Source of the DNA: a virus
Taxonomy: Duplodnaviria > Caudoviricetes
DNA length: 64,000 nucleotides
IMG/VR virus record: IMGVR_UViG_2799112265_000001
Span: 1-64,000 of that record
Reading direction: 5' to 3' (one strand)
Positions within the stretch are counted from its first letter, which is position 1, and each line of letters begins with the position of its first letter. The notes below the pieces were generated by a model. It made no database searches. It was not told the origin of the DNA and saw only the letters and a program-made list of their open reading frames with translations. A program made the position numbers and the translations under genes. This document shows, piece after piece, positions 28,698 through 39,052 of the stretch.

Positions 28698-29582
28698 TCA
28701 GGCGGTCAGGGTGAGGAGCTGCCGGTAGTCGGGCAGGGAGTTGAGCATCCGGTTCCGCCAGGCCAGGGCGTACTGCGGGCAGTTGCCGCAGTGCTGGTGT
28801 GTGCAGCCGGTCATGGGCTCGTGGTGGGTGGCATTGACCGACCAGGCCATGGAGTCGGAGGAGTACAGCAGGTGGGAGGCTCCGTTGCGCAGGCCGGTGA
28901 CCTTGAAGCCGAAGCCGTGGAGGCGGATGCCCATGGACCACAGGGTCTCGATGATCCGGACGGCCTCCTTGGTGCCCTGGCGGCGGCACACGGAGCCGAT
29001 CCCGACGACGGGCTCAAGGGTGAGGTCGACGCCGGCGCGCTCGTACAGGTCGACGCACCGCAGGTACTCGTCGAGGGTGAAGCCCTGCACCACCGGCATC
29101 CACGGCAGATCGGCGTCGAGGGTCATCAGGTTCAGGTACGAAGCCACCGTCTTGAGCTGGTGGTCCGCCACGGTCAGCCCGGTGTTGGTGAGGATCTCGT
29201 CCTCGCACATCCAGTCCTGGATGGCGCAGACGTCCATCAGGCCGACCTCGTCGTAGTACCGGCGGGCGTCGGCCGCGTAGGCGTACGGCGACACCGTCCA
29301 CCGGCCGTGCTTCGACAGCTCCGTGAACCCGCCGGAGTCGAGCATCCACGGGGTGACGGCGCGCGGCAGCGTCTTCCGGCCGGACAGACGGTGGTTGGCG
29401 ACGCACAGCGGTACGCAGTCCTCGGCGAACTCCGGGCGGGCGAGCCAAGACGGCTGATGGGTGCCCAGGTAGGTCACGCGGTCGACGTCGTCGTAGGAGC
29501 GGCGGCCAGGGTTCAGCGGCGCGGGCGGCAGCACGCGGTCGGTCGGGGCGGACGCGGGCAGGTCGAAGAGGGTGGCGGTCAC
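28698..29582 (-). CDS. DpdA-like tRNA-guanine-transglycosylase paralog, putative DNA base-exchange enzyme
   Basis: TGT-fold motifs LDSGGF, PVVQG, GIGS, LHGFG, DSMAWS and a C-terminal C..C..C cluster. Confidence 0.75.
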   Translation of the reverse strand: MTATLFDLPASAPTDRVLPPAPLNPGRRSYDDVDRVTYLGTHQPSWLARPEFAEDCVPLCVANHRLSGRKTLPRAVTPWMLDSGGFTELSKHGRWTVSPYAYAADARRYYDEVGLMDVCAIQDWMCEDEILTNTGLTVADHQLKTVASYLNLMTLDADLPWMPVVQGFTLDEYLRCVDLYERAGVDLTLEPVVGIGSVCRRQGTKEAVRIIETLWSMGIRLHGFGFKVTGLRNGASHLLYSSDSMAWSVNATHHEPMTGCTHQHCGNCPQYALAWRNRMLNSLPDYRQLLTLTA

Positions 29583-29659
29583 CGGGAGGGTCTTTCAGGT
29601 GCGAGGTGAATGCCGGCCGCGCGCGGGGAGGGGCGCGGCCGGGCGGGGTCGGGCGGCTG

Positions 29660-30016
29660 CTACGCGTCGGGGTCGTGCCGTTCGACGATCGGCTCCAGGT
29701 CGATGTCCTCCACCATGGCCTTGAAGTCCAGCGCGCCGATCTCGTCGACGGGGTAGCCGTCGAACTCGTCGTCGTCGGGCTGCCAGGGGCCGATGAACTC
29801 GTCACCGCACAGGCTGATGGCGGGCGGCAGCGCCTCGTTGATGGCGGCCCGGTAGTCGGCCTGGATCTTCGCCAGGGCCCCGGTGCTCTCCAGCATGTTC
29901 TGCCAGTCGTTGGGGCCGCCGTTGACGTAGTCCAGCACGTCGGCGTCGGGGCTGGTGGAGTACGTGTTGACCTGGTTGCACCAGGTGCCGTACGAGGTGT
30001 TGGGGCGGTAGGCCAT
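29660..30016 (-). CDS. Small acidic hypothetical protein
   Basis: 118 aa, about 24 D/E versus 5 K/R; first gene behind a class I promoter and hairpin. Confidence 0.7.
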   Translation of the reverse strand: MAYRPNTSYGTWCNQVNTYSTSPDADVLDYVNGGPNDWQNMLESTGALAKIQADYRAAINEALPPAISLCGDEFIGPWQPDDDEFDGYPVDEIGALDFKAMVEDIDLEPIVERHDPDA

Positions 30017-30111
30017 GGCGGGCGTGCCTTTCGCTTCGGCGGTGACGTTGGCGGTTGCTCTCCACCAACAAGAAGAACGGTACACCATTCGGAAACGTGC
30101 TGGCAAGAGGG

Positions 30112-31011
30112 CTAGAACAGTGCACCCACAGCCACCGGGAAGGTCACGGACGGGACCATCTCCAGCCCGGCCGGCCCCGGCGCGGCCGCACGGAACGCCG
30201 CGGCGACCTCCTCCGTCGTACGCCCGGCCCGGTTCCCCCACGCCAGGATCACCGCCCTGCGCTGCGCGTCGACCTCCAGCGGCCCCCCGTCCGGCGCCAC
30301 CGGGCCGCCCGCCAGGTACTCGGCCATCAGCCGCACCGCGTCGCTCGCCTCCCGGTACGCCCCCCACTCGGGGTTCCGCTCGGACGGGAGCGGCTTCACC
30401 GCGCGTACGGCCCGCTCCAGGGCGTGCAGCATGGTGCACGGCGCCGTGTCGACGTACCCGGCCGGGTCGTGCGACTCCTCGCCCGGCCGGTGCCCGACCG
30501 TCTCCACGCGGATGGCCGCCCACTCCAGCACCCCGGCCGGCGTCCGCTCGCACGCCCGGACCCCGAGCCGCTGCACGGCGGCGTGCGCCCGTCCGGCGAG
30601 CACGGCGGCCTCCCGGAACGCCCCGGCCACCTCGGCGGCCGTACGCCCCTCCTCCATGCCCCACCGGTGCACCACGGCCCGGCGGTGCCGCTCCTCCGAC
30701 CCCCAGGCGGTGTCGTGCACCACCGCGCCCCCGGACAGCAGGTCCGACAGCACATCGAGCGCCAGGCGCCGCGCGGCCTCGATCGCGTCGTAGTCGTACC
30801 TCCGGGAACTGCTCATCCGGCCGTCGCCCCCGGCCACGTCGAGCGCACCGAGGATGCCCGGCGTCAGCAGCCGGGTCGTCGTCCCGTGCGGGCCGAACTG
30901 CGAGCCGTCACGGCCGTCGTGGAACCCGCGGGCCTCGACGTGCGCGGCCGCCCACTCCAGCAGCTCGGGCGCGCTGACGGGGAGGATGGTGGACTCGACG
31001 CTGTACTGCAT
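30112..31011 (-). CDS. Protein with two DUF6197-like repeats
   Basis: LEWAA..VE..G and W...GRT..EVA.AFR.AA each occur twice. Confidence 0.6.
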   Translation of the reverse strand: MQYSVESTILPVSAPELLEWAAAHVEARGFHDGRDGSQFGPHGTTTRLLTPGILGALDVAGGDGRMSSSRRYDYDAIEAARRLALDVLSDLLSGGAVVHDTAWGSEERHRRAVVHRWGMEEGRTAAEVAGAFREAAVLAGRAHAAVQRLGVRACERTPAGVLEWAAIRVETVGHRPGEESHDPAGYVDTAPCTMLHALERAVRAVKPLPSERNPEWGAYREASDAVRLMAEYLAGGPVAPDGGPLEVDAQRRAVILAWGNRAGRTTEEVAAAFRAAAPGPAGLEMVPSVTFPVAVGALF

Positions 31012-31088
31012 GTGGTGCCTCCAGGGCAGGGAGAGGGGTGCCGCGCCCGGCCGTACGACAGCCGGGCGCGGCAGGGAATGCGAGGGGG

Positions 31089-31454
31089 TTACGGGCGGCC
31101 GGTGGCGACGCGGATCGCCTTCGCGGCCAGCTCGGAGTAGTCACCGGGGTAAGCGGCTTCCATGCAGAAGCCCGCGGAGAACTCGTCGGCCCCCTCGGGG
31201 AACTCGGGCTCCTCGGGCAGATCGGTGACTCCGTCCCCGTACCAGACGCACAGCAAGTCGTCCTCGTCGACGGCGAACAGGAACGACAAGTCGTCGGGGC
31301 CGGTGAGTTCGGACTCGGTGCCGTAGCGGCGCACCCTGGCGGACCAGTCCGAGCCGAGCAGGCGGGCCGTGCCGGCGGCGATCTGGGGAACGGTGAGCGG
31401 CGCCTCGGCCTGTCCATTGGCGGCGTACAGGGCGGTCACGGTGTCGTGCGACAT
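31089..31454 (-). CDS. Small acidic hypothetical protein, paralog of the N-terminal domain of 42201..42995
   Basis: Shared motifs IA....LLG..W, PE.PE.PEG and AIR..TG. Confidence 0.65.
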   Translation of the reverse strand: MSHDTVTALYAANGQAEAPLTVPQIAAGTARLLGSDWSARVRRYGTESELTGPDDLSFLFAVDEDDLLCVWYGDGVTDLPEEPEFPEGADEFSAGFCMEAAYPGDYSELAAKAIRVATGRP

Positions 31455-31525
31455 GCGGGGATGCCTCTTTCGGCTGGAGAGCGGGGGGCCCGGTCGGATG
31501 ACCGGGCCCCGAGGGGATGGAAAGG

Positions 31526-31975
31526 TCAGGCGCGGGGCGGGCAGACGGTGCAGGTCTCGTCCTTGCAGCGCAGCACCCGGCGCCCCTTGGGCAGGCACTC
31601 GGCGGCCGCCTGCGGCTCGAAGTGCAAGTCACGCTCCACCAGGTGGGGGAGGCCGCTGCTCTGGCGGAACGACTCCAGCGCGGGCAGGTCGATGTACCCC
31701 CACTCACCGTCCCGGTCATCGATGCCGATCCGGGCCCAGCCGAACGCCTCGCCGCTCGCCGGGTCGACCTCGACGACGTACCAGTCACCCCAGGCGGCGA
31801 AGAAGTGCGCGTGCACCGTCTTGTGCTCGGCGGGAACGCCGTCCGTCTCGTACAAGGCGGGGATGCGGCCCATGACGCTCTTCGGCGGGTAGAAGGCGTG
31901 GCCGCGCTCGCGGCGCCACAGCTCGGGGGTGAGGGTGACGTCGGACTGCGCGGGCGTGTTCTGGGCGGCGCTCAT
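31526..31975 (-). CDS. DUF2958-family protein
   Basis: WYVVEVDP..GEAFG..EWGYIDL..L..VERDLHF. Confidence 0.7.
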   Translation of the reverse strand: MSAAQNTPAQSDVTLTPELWRRERGHAFYPPKSVMGRIPALYETDGVPAEHKTVHAHFFAAWGDWYVVEVDPASGEAFGWARIGIDDRDGEWGYIDLPALESFRQSSGLPHLVERDLHFEPQAAAECLPKGRRVLRCKDETCTVCPPRA

Positions 31976-32103
31976 GGGGCGTTCCTTACGTTCGGCGGTG
32001 CGCTGGCGGTTGCTCTCCGCCAACAAGAAGAACAGTACACCATCCGGAAACGTGCTGGCAAGTAGGGGTCTGAGCCCCGAGGAAGCCCAGACCCCACGGC
32101 CCG

Positions 32104-33195
32104 TCAGGCGGCGAGCGCGTACCGGCCACGCAGCAAACTCAGGCGCCCCACGTACATGGCGGCCGAGTACCGGCTGATCTCCCGGCCGATCGCCGTACCC
32201 GCCGGGGGCCTGGCGGCCGGCCCGTACTTCGCGTCCAGCTCGGCCGCACGCCGGATGATCTCCGCCATCGACAAGCCGTGCTTGAAGTCGGCCCCCACGA
32301 CCACCTCGGTCCGGGCGTAGGCGGCCGCGAGCTCCGGCACCTGCCGCGCCCCGTTGATCAAGTCGTTGTTGCAGCCCAGCACGCAGAACACGCACGACAG
32401 GCGCCGGTTACCCCAGTCGTACGCCGGGTGGTACGGCAGACCCGACACGGCTATCTCCCGCCACACGGCCGCGTCGCTCCACGAGTGGATCGGCCGCCAG
32501 GTGGTGATGTGCCGCTTCCCGTTGCTCGCCCCGCGGTCGATCTCCACCTCGGCGAGCTGCGCACGCTGGCTGCTCTCCGCCGCGCGCTGCCCGATGCACG
32601 CCAGGATGCGCACCGGACGCCCCAGGTGCGCCAGCTCGGCCGTGAGCCGCGTGTACAGCCTGCGGATCGGGCCGCGCTTCACATCCGAGGTGCACCAGCG
32701 CGCTTGACTCGACGGCCACGCCGGCGCCACCTCCGCCGTCGCGGGGTCCTCGCCACGCTCGACGGCTTCCCGCTCGGCCTTCGCCTTCAGCTTCCCGTAG
32801 CGGATCTCGACCCGGTCGAGGAGATCGGCGCCCTCGGCCTGAACGACCTCGAACCGCTGCACCCCGAGCAAGCGGGCCTGCTCGGCGGCCAGCTCCCGCG
32901 TGCCGGCCCACTCGACCCGGCCCAGATCCGCATGGACGACGATGACCTTGTGCAGCATCCCGAGGGCCTTCGCGCGCCGCACGACGTACGACGCCATGGC
33001 CTGACTGTCCTTACCTCCCGACGACGAGATGACTACCCGGTCCGCATCGCGGATCAGCTCGTCGGGGACGGTCGTCCACGGGGTGAGGGGCACGGACGCG
33101 TGCACGGTCTTCCGCCGCGTCGGCTTGGGCTTCGGAGGGACGGGCGGCTCCTCGGCCTGGACGGCGGGGAGGTCGAACAGCATGGCGGCCTGCAT
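32104..33195 (-). CDS. PAPS reductase-family (DndC-like) PP-loop protein
   Basis: SSGGKDS PP-loop, WCTSDVK, GQRAAES..R and RLSCVFC. Confidence 0.85.
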   Translation of the reverse strand: MQAAMLFDLPAVQAEEPPVPPKPKPTRRKTVHASVPLTPWTTVPDELIRDADRVVISSSGGKDSQAMASYVVRRAKALGMLHKVIVVHADLGRVEWAGTRELAAEQARLLGVQRFEVVQAEGADLLDRVEIRYGKLKAKAEREAVERGEDPATAEVAPAWPSSQARWCTSDVKRGPIRRLYTRLTAELAHLGRPVRILACIGQRAAESSQRAQLAEVEIDRGASNGKRHITTWRPIHSWSDAAVWREIAVSGLPYHPAYDWGNRRLSCVFCVLGCNNDLINGARQVPELAAAYARTEVVVGADFKHGLSMAEIIRRAAELDAKYGPAARPPAGTAIGREISRYSAAMYVGRLSLLRGRYALAA

Positions 33196-33272
33196 GGCGG
33201 AGTCCTCGGAGTGGGGCAGGGGCAGGGGCGCGGGGTGCGGGGCGCGGATCGGTGTCCGCGCCCCGCAAGAGG

Positions 33273-33515
33273 TCAGAACTCGTCGTAGACCGTGGTGTCG
33301 TTGACGGTGACGAGCAGCGGCACGGTGTCGCCGGACAGGAGACCCGCAGGGATGCCGTCGGTGTCCACGTGCACGGACACGACGAGCTGCCCGCGCTCGG
33401 CGTCGACGTAGAAGTGCACGGCCGCGCCCGCGACCCGAATGGCGGGGTGCTTTCCGTTGGGCTCCAGGGTGGCGGCGAGGTTCAGTTCACGGGCGACGGC
33501 GGGACTGACGTTCAC
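33273..33515 (-). CDS. Hypothetical protein
   Basis: 80 aa; GAAAGG RBS; operon context. Confidence 0.55.
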   Translation of the reverse strand: MNVSPAVARELNLAATLEPNGKHPAIRVAGAAVHFYVDAERGQLVVSVHVDTDGIPAGLLSGDTVPLLVTVNDTTVYDEF

Positions 33516-33594
33516 GGATGGCGCCTTTCAGCGGTACGAGGTGCGGTGGATGGTGAGCCGGGGCGCGGTGCTGCGCCCCGGCGGGGTGGAGCTG

Positions 33595-34422
33595 CTACGC
33601 GGGGACCGTGGCGGGCCGGGGGTGACGGGCCAGCAGGACGGGGCCCTCCTTGTCGAGCCAGCGGGCGACCGCCCACGCGGTGACGGCGGACTCCTCGACG
33701 GGCGTCAGACCCTCCGGGGCACGGAACACCTGGCCCTCGAAGTCGTCGGCCGGGGTGTAGAGCTGCACGCTCCACGGCTCGTCATGCGCGGTCGCGGCCC
33801 GGTCGGCGTACTCGTCCGAGCTGATCACCAGCCGCAGACCCGCATCCGCATCGGCCAGGTCGTCGGTGCGGTCGACGGCCACCAGGACGTGCGAGGCGCC
33901 CGCGTAGCGCTGGAGGAAGGCGGGGACGCCGTACGCGCGGAGAGCGGCGCACAGCTTGTCTCCCTCGGACGGTCCGGCGATCTCGGCGGCGGCCAGAGCA
34001 GCGGCGAGCGGGTACCGGCCCTCGGCTCGGACGCCCGGCGGGGTGAGGATGATCCGGGTCAACCGCTCGACGTCGTTCGGGCAGCCCTCTCGGTACTCCT
34101 GCACTCCCCACCCGGCGGCCCAGAACAGCCCGGCCCAGTCGAGGAGGAGGTCCTCCCTCGTCTCGCGGAGCGCCTTGTAGTCGATGGCGGCGCCCGGCTC
34201 GGCCGCGTCCTGCACGAGGTAGTCCATGACCACCTCGCCGGAGCGGGCACGCGGGTCCAGGTAGGCGCCGGCCTCGATGCACTCGTGGTGCTCGTTGAAC
34301 ACGGCGAGCGGCCGGTCAGCCTCCGTCAGGACCGCGATGGCCGCCCGGACCTGGGGGGACTTCAGGCTCGCGGGGAGCGCGCCGGTCGTCCGGAGGGCGG
34401 ATGCGGGCGGGTTGAGCTGCAT
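33595..34422 (-). CDS. Hypothetical protein
   Basis: Behind a class I promoter, hairpin and CGAAGGAA RBS. Confidence 0.65.
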   Translation of the reverse strand: MQLNPPASALRTTGALPASLKSPQVRAAIAVLTEADRPLAVFNEHHECIEAGAYLDPRARSGEVVMDYLVQDAAEPGAAIDYKALRETREDLLLDWAGLFWAAGWGVQEYREGCPNDVERLTRIILTPPGVRAEGRYPLAAALAAAEIAGPSEGDKLCAALRAYGVPAFLQRYAGASHVLVAVDRTDDLADADAGLRLVISSDEYADRAATAHDEPWSVQLYTPADDFEGQVFRAPEGLTPVEESAVTAWAVARWLDKEGPVLLARHPRPATVPA

Positions 34423-34577
34423 GGGGTGTTCCTTCGATTCGGGGTTGGTGCCAGCGGTTGCTCTCCGCCAACAGGAAGAACAGTACACCATTCGGAAACG
34501 CGCTGACAGGGGGAGTGCTGGGGAGTTTTCAGGGGTCGGGGCACGCCGTGACGCGCCCCGGCCGGTGAGGGAAGTGG

Positions 34578-35147
34578 CTAGCCGCGCGGGGCGGCGGGCT
34601 CCTCGACGGGGGCCTCCACAGCCCGGGTGACGAAGTCGTTGCCCTGGACGGTCCAGACGTCCTGCCGGTCGATGACCCCGCCGGACTTCCAGGTGCACAG
34701 GAACGACAGGGGGACGTGCCCGGCCTCGCGGACCTCGTCCATGTTCAGGACGGTCCCGGTCCACGAGTACACCGACCGGTCCGGGTGGCTGCCCCGGCCG
34801 AAGTCCAGGGATTCGAGACGGACGCGCATCCCGTCCTCGCGGACGATGTCGCCCTCGGTGAGTTCGCTGGACTTCTTGTAGACGAGCGTGGTGGCGGGGC
34901 GGACGTCGGCCAGCAGGGGGGCGTCGTTGTCGCCGTCCTCGAACTCGACACGGGCGATGACCTGTCCGGCGCCCGTCCATACGTCGCGCAGTCGGCCCCG
35001 ACCGCCCGGCACGAAGTAGGGGCCCTCGGGGGACTCGACCGTGCGGCCGTCGTACTCGACCAGCGCGCCGAGCTGGAGTCCGGACGCCTTGATGGCGGCC
35101 ATGACGTCCACCGGGGCGGAGGAGGGCGCGGGGGCGTTCTGGTTCAT
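34578..35147 (-). CDS. Hypothetical beta-rich protein
   Basis: CGAAGGAG RBS. Confidence 0.6.
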   Translation of the reverse strand: MNQNAPAPSSAPVDVMAAIKASGLQLGALVEYDGRTVESPEGPYFVPGGRGRLRDVWTGAGQVIARVEFEDGDNDAPLLADVRPATTLVYKKSSELTEGDIVREDGMRVRLESLDFGRGSHPDRSVYSWTGTVLNMDEVREAGHVPLSFLCTWKSGGVIDRQDVWTVQGNDFVTRAVEAPVEEPAAPRG

Positions 35148-35247
35148 CGGTGGTGCTCCTTCGTGCGGGGCGCAGCAGATCGGGGGGGGAGAGTGCCGGG
35201 GCGCGGCGGATACGGTCGCGCCCCGGCGGGAGAGGTGACCGGACCGG

Positions 35248-35673
35248 TCAGATGACGTCGGTGACGTCGTAGAAGCTGGCCAGGCCGCGCGTGAACCGCT
35301 CCAGGGAGAGCGTCAGCGTGGGCTCGGCGAACTCGTCGCGGACGGCCTTCTCGTAGGACAGCTCGGCCAGGGCGAGGGTGCTGTGGTCGCTGGCCATGTG
35401 ACGGTGGATCGACCAGTAGTCGACGGCCCAGCGGAGCTTCTGCGTGACCGGGTCGATGTACTCGACGCACCGGATGATCAGGTCGGCGTGCCCGTCCGCG
35501 CCGTTGATGACGGACTCGCGGATCTTCTTGCCGCCCAGCAGGTTGAACACGAAGGCGTCGGCCTGCTCTCGGGGGGTGTCGGCGGACCCGTCGGTGTTCA
35601 CCACGGCGCGCATCGGCCCGTACTGGGCGTAGAGCTGCGCCTCGGGCTTGAGAGCCAGCAGGGCAGGGGTCAT
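35248..35673 (-). CDS. Hypothetical protein
   Basis: Behind a class I promoter and hairpin. Confidence 0.65.
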   Translation of the reverse strand: MTPALLALKPEAQLYAQYGPMRAVVNTDGSADTPREQADAFVFNLLGGKKIRESVINGADGHADLIIRCVEYIDPVTQKLRWAVDYWSIHRHMASDHSTLALAELSYEKAVRDEFAEPTLTLSLERFTRGLASFYDVTDVI

Positions 35674-35832
35674 CGGGGTGTCCCTTTCGCTTCGGCGGTG
35701 ACGTTGGCGGTTGCTCTCCGCCAACAAGAAGAACAGTACACCATTCGGAAACGTGCTGGCAAGGGGCCGATTCGAGGCACCTGTGGGGAACCGGGTCCCG
35801 CGCCCCTCCCCAGGGCACGGGACCCGGCATCC

Positions 35833-36657
35833 TCACGCGGCCGAAGCGAACACCCTCCGGCCGGCCGTCACCACCGGCCACACCACCACCGCGGCCCCAC
35901 CGTGCCGGCCGGACCGCTCCACCTCCGGGAACAGCTCCAACTGCGCCCCGACGAACGGCCGCTCCGCCCCCACACGCCCGGCCTCCACGGACACGACCCG
36001 CTCCGCCTCCTCCACGGCCTGCCGACCAGCCTCCGGCAGCATCCGCAGCAGCCACGCGGCCACCAGCCGCTCATCCACGGCCACCAGGTCCACACCGCCC
36101 CCCTCGGCCCACACCTCCCCGGCAACCGCCTCGTACTGCTCCCACAGCGGCCGGGACGCATCCCGCGCCGCCACGCCCCGCTCACCGGCCCCCAGACCGC
36201 GCACCAGCGCCCGCAGAACGTCCGCACGGAACACCCGGCCCCTCGTCCGCATGGTCGACGCGTCCTCCCACTCCAAGAACGCCTCGGCCGCTATGGAGCG
36301 CCTCCACTGGCCGAACACCCGCACCGCGCGCGTCGCCAGCGCCTCCACCTCGCCCAACACCCGCTCCAGCGCCACCAGGTACCCGGCCAGCGCCCGCGCC
36401 GACCCGACCACCGACAGGCGCCGCACGTCCTGCCACCCGTACCGCTCCCCGTTCCCCCAGTTCTCCTCGTACACCGACCAGCGCGGATTCACCCTCCACG
36501 GAGTCGACGCCTCCACCCCGTGCACGCCGGCCAGCGCCCACGCCACATCGTGATGCTGCTGCGCCCGCCCCTTCGACCCCGCCGGGAACACCAACTCCAC
36601 CGTGAACCGGCCCGGCGACCACTCGACAACGGACGGGACCTCGACATGAGCACTCAT
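35833..36657 (-). CDS. Hypothetical protein
   Basis: GAGG RBS; same strand as neighbours. Confidence 0.5.
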   Translation of the reverse strand: MSAHVEVPSVVEWSPGRFTVELVFPAGSKGRAQQHHDVAWALAGVHGVEASTPWRVNPRWSVYEENWGNGERYGWQDVRRLSVVGSARALAGYLVALERVLGEVEALATRAVRVFGQWRRSIAAEAFLEWEDASTMRTRGRVFRADVLRALVRGLGAGERGVAARDASRPLWEQYEAVAGEVWAEGGGVDLVAVDERLVAAWLLRMLPEAGRQAVEEAERVVSVEAGRVGAERPFVGAQLELFPEVERSGRHGGAAVVVWPVVTAGRRVFASAA

Positions 36658-36918
36658 GCGCTCGCTACCTCTCCAGATACGGCGGACACCCTCCGCCACG
36701 GGACCCGACCCGCTCCCACGCGGACCAGGCAGACAACGGCCCCCGCACCACACCCGGCACACCGCCGACACAAGCCCCGCCCGACAACACCCCCCAGGAA
36801 CGCCCTGGAAGAGGGCTGGGGGCTCGTTTACGGACTTGTTGGACCGTTCCATGCGCGCGTGTGTGCGAGGGGCTGTGGCGCCGCCCTGATGGCCTCGGGC
36901 GGCGCCACGGTGGTGGTG

Positions 36919-38346
36919 CTAGCGGCCGGCGTGCTCGGCGAGGGCCTCGCGGGCTGCTGCTGTGCGGAGCCGGTCGGCCTCGGCCGCGCGCTGCTCCTCG
37001 CTGAGCGGCTCCAGCCAGTAGGACGATTCGCCCGTGGTCGACTCCAGGTTCACGCCGCCGGCCTGGGCGCGGTAGCACTGCCAGTCTTCGCGTTCCGCCC
37101 ATGCGATCAGGTCGAGGGCGGCGGCCCTGTCGACGATCTCGGTACGGGGGTCGCGGCCGAACACGCGGAAGTGCTTCATCCAGTGCTCGCCCTCGCCGAG
37201 GAGGGCGGCTGCGTTCTCGGCGGCGCTGCGGATCAGGGCGGGCGCGGTGCCGAACACGGAGTCGAGGGAGGCGCGGGTGACCATCAGGTGCATGTCCGGC
37301 GGGAAGGTGCTGCCGGTGGTGCTCTCGTTGTGGCTGCGGAATGTCCAGGTGGGGCGGACCCAGGGCGCGCCGGGGCCGGCGTAGGCGGTGACGGTGGCGA
37401 CGGTGCGGGTCTGGCCCATGTGCGCGTGGATGACGTCCATGCCGGGGCGGATCATGTCGGCGCGGACGGGGAGCGCGGAGCCGTCGGCGACGGCGGCGAA
37501 CGTCTCGGCGTAGTAGGCGGCGAGTCCCGCGTCGATGTCGCCGGTCAGCTCGGCGTCCGTGGGGCGCTCGGCCGGGGCGGGGAACGTGTCGCCGGGGGTG
37601 GCGGGGCGCAGGTACACGGTCCGGCCGTCGCGGTAGACGATGTGGGCGGTCGACTTGCTTGCGGACATCCGCTTGACGGTGCGCTTCACCTGCGGCTGCA
37701 TCATCGCGGCGGTGATCTCGTCCAGGGCTTCACGGGTCGGAATGACCTCGGTGGGGCCGTCGTTGACGATCCGCACGTGCTGGCGCTCCTCGGCGGCCGG
37801 GGGGAGCGGGGCGTAGCGGCGGGTGTCGCAGTGGATGGCGCCCTGGTCGTCCTGGTGGATGAGGCGGCCCGCGCTGCGCCGGTTCTTCACGATGGTTCGG
37901 ACGTGGGTGGCGGGGATGCCCGCGTGGGCCTGGCGGCCGTCGACGTACACGGCGTGGGGGGCGTCGACGACGTCTTCGGGCAGGGGTGCGGTGTCGCGGG
38001 CGTGCTGGGCGGCGTCGCGGCCCAGCTGCTGTACGGCGGAGGTGATGGCGGCCAGGGTGCGCATCTTGCGGGAGGCGACGGCGCTGGACGCGACGGCGTC
38101 TTCGAGGCGGCCGCGGGCGCCCTTCCGCTTGGCGACGGTCCACAGCATGGTGACGGTCTCGTTCTGGAGGGCGCGGCCCAGCTCGGTTCCGGCGTAGGCG
38201 GCGGGGACGCGCATGCCGATGCGGACGACGTGGCTGGTGAGGGTGTCGCGGTCCTGGCTGGTCACGGTCACGGTGAGGTCGTGGGCGAGCGCGAGGGTGA
38301 CGATCTCGTCGGCGTTCTTGATGCCGGTACGGGGCTCAGCGGCCAT
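36919..38346 (-). CDS. Hypothetical multidomain protein
   Basis: Behind a hairpin and CGAAGGAA RBS; 475 aa. Confidence 0.65.
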   Translation of the reverse strand: MAAEPRTGIKNADEIVTLALAHDLTVTVTSQDRDTLTSHVVRIGMRVPAAYAGTELGRALQNETVTMLWTVAKRKGARGRLEDAVASSAVASRKMRTLAAITSAVQQLGRDAAQHARDTAPLPEDVVDAPHAVYVDGRQAHAGIPATHVRTIVKNRRSAGRLIHQDDQGAIHCDTRRYAPLPPAAEERQHVRIVNDGPTEVIPTREALDEITAAMMQPQVKRTVKRMSASKSTAHIVYRDGRTVYLRPATPGDTFPAPAERPTDAELTGDIDAGLAAYYAETFAAVADGSALPVRADMIRPGMDVIHAHMGQTRTVATVTAYAGPGAPWVRPTWTFRSHNESTTGSTFPPDMHLMVTRASLDSVFGTAPALIRSAAENAAALLGEGEHWMKHFRVFGRDPRTEIVDRAAALDLIAWAEREDWQCYRAQAGGVNLESTTGESSYWLEPLSEEQRAAEADRLRTAAAREALAEHAGR

Positions 38347-38492
38347 GGGGTGTTCCTTCGTTCGGGGTGCGGCCCCGGTTGCTCTCCGGGGCGGGGTGGG
38401 GCGGTGCGCCCTGCGCCTGACACCGGGGAGGGCCGGTGTGGGGGGCGGGGCGCACCGCCCGCCGTTGTGTGGGCGGGCGGTGCGGCGGGCGG

Positions 38493-38819
38493 TCAGCCGT
38501 CGGTGAGGATGCGGCGGGCGAGTCCGGCGGCCTGGGCGGCGCTGATGGCGTACACGATGACGAGGGCGGTGCCGGGGACGTCGAGGGTCTGGAGCTGGAA
38601 GTCGAGCGACTGGAGGTCGCGTTCCACGGGGTGGGACGCGGCGCGTTCGACGGCCAGGAGGTCGACGGTGAGATCCGGGTGGGCGGGCGTCCACCGGCAT
38701 CCGGTGTCGGCGAGGACGAAGTACTCCCCGGTGATCTTGCGGAGTTCCACGCGGTAGGCCGGGGCGCGGTCCATGTCTTCGGGGAGCGGCGGGGGCGTCT
38801 TGTCCAGGCTCACGGGCAC
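38493..38819 (-). CDS. Hypothetical protein, first gene of the leftward arm
   Basis: Behind a class I promoter, hairpin and RBS. Confidence 0.6.
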   Translation of the reverse strand: MPVSLDKTPPPLPEDMDRAPAYRVELRKITGEYFVLADTGCRWTPAHPDLTVDLLAVERAASHPVERDLQSLDFQLQTLDVPGTALVIVYAISAAQAAGLARRILTDG

Positions 38820-39052
38820 GGGTGTTCCTTCGTTCGGCGGTGTGGCCCGGTTGCTCTCCGGGCCCGGCGGGAAGCGCTCCCGCCGAGAAGAACAGTACAC
38901 CAGTCGGAACGATGCGCAACACCCTTCACAGACCAATAAAGCTGCTCTGATCAGTCCCGTTCCGAGTGGTGTACTTTTCCGGTGTGGTCATGTACTGTCG
39001 TCATCAGTCGGGGAGAGCAACCCCGACAACCACCGCCGAACGAAGGAACACC
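38820..39052. promoter_or_regulatory. Back-to-back divergent class I promoters, each with an AGAGCAA leader hairpin
   Basis: TTCCGACTGGTGTACTGT on the minus strand (~38892-38909) and TTCCGAGTGGTGTACTTT on the plus strand (~38960-38977). Confidence 0.7.

Noticed and set aside
32104-33195. Complete Dnd/Ssp phosphorothioation system or sulfate-assimilation cysH
   Set aside because: Only one PP-loop gene; no partner dnd, ssp or cys genes nearby.
35383-38757. 1124-aa plus-strand ORF and other long antisense ORFs (246..2357, 3874..6021, 39502..41526, 59944..61752)
   Set aside because: Shadow frames of genes on the other strand in very GC-rich DNA; no RBS or recognisable motifs.
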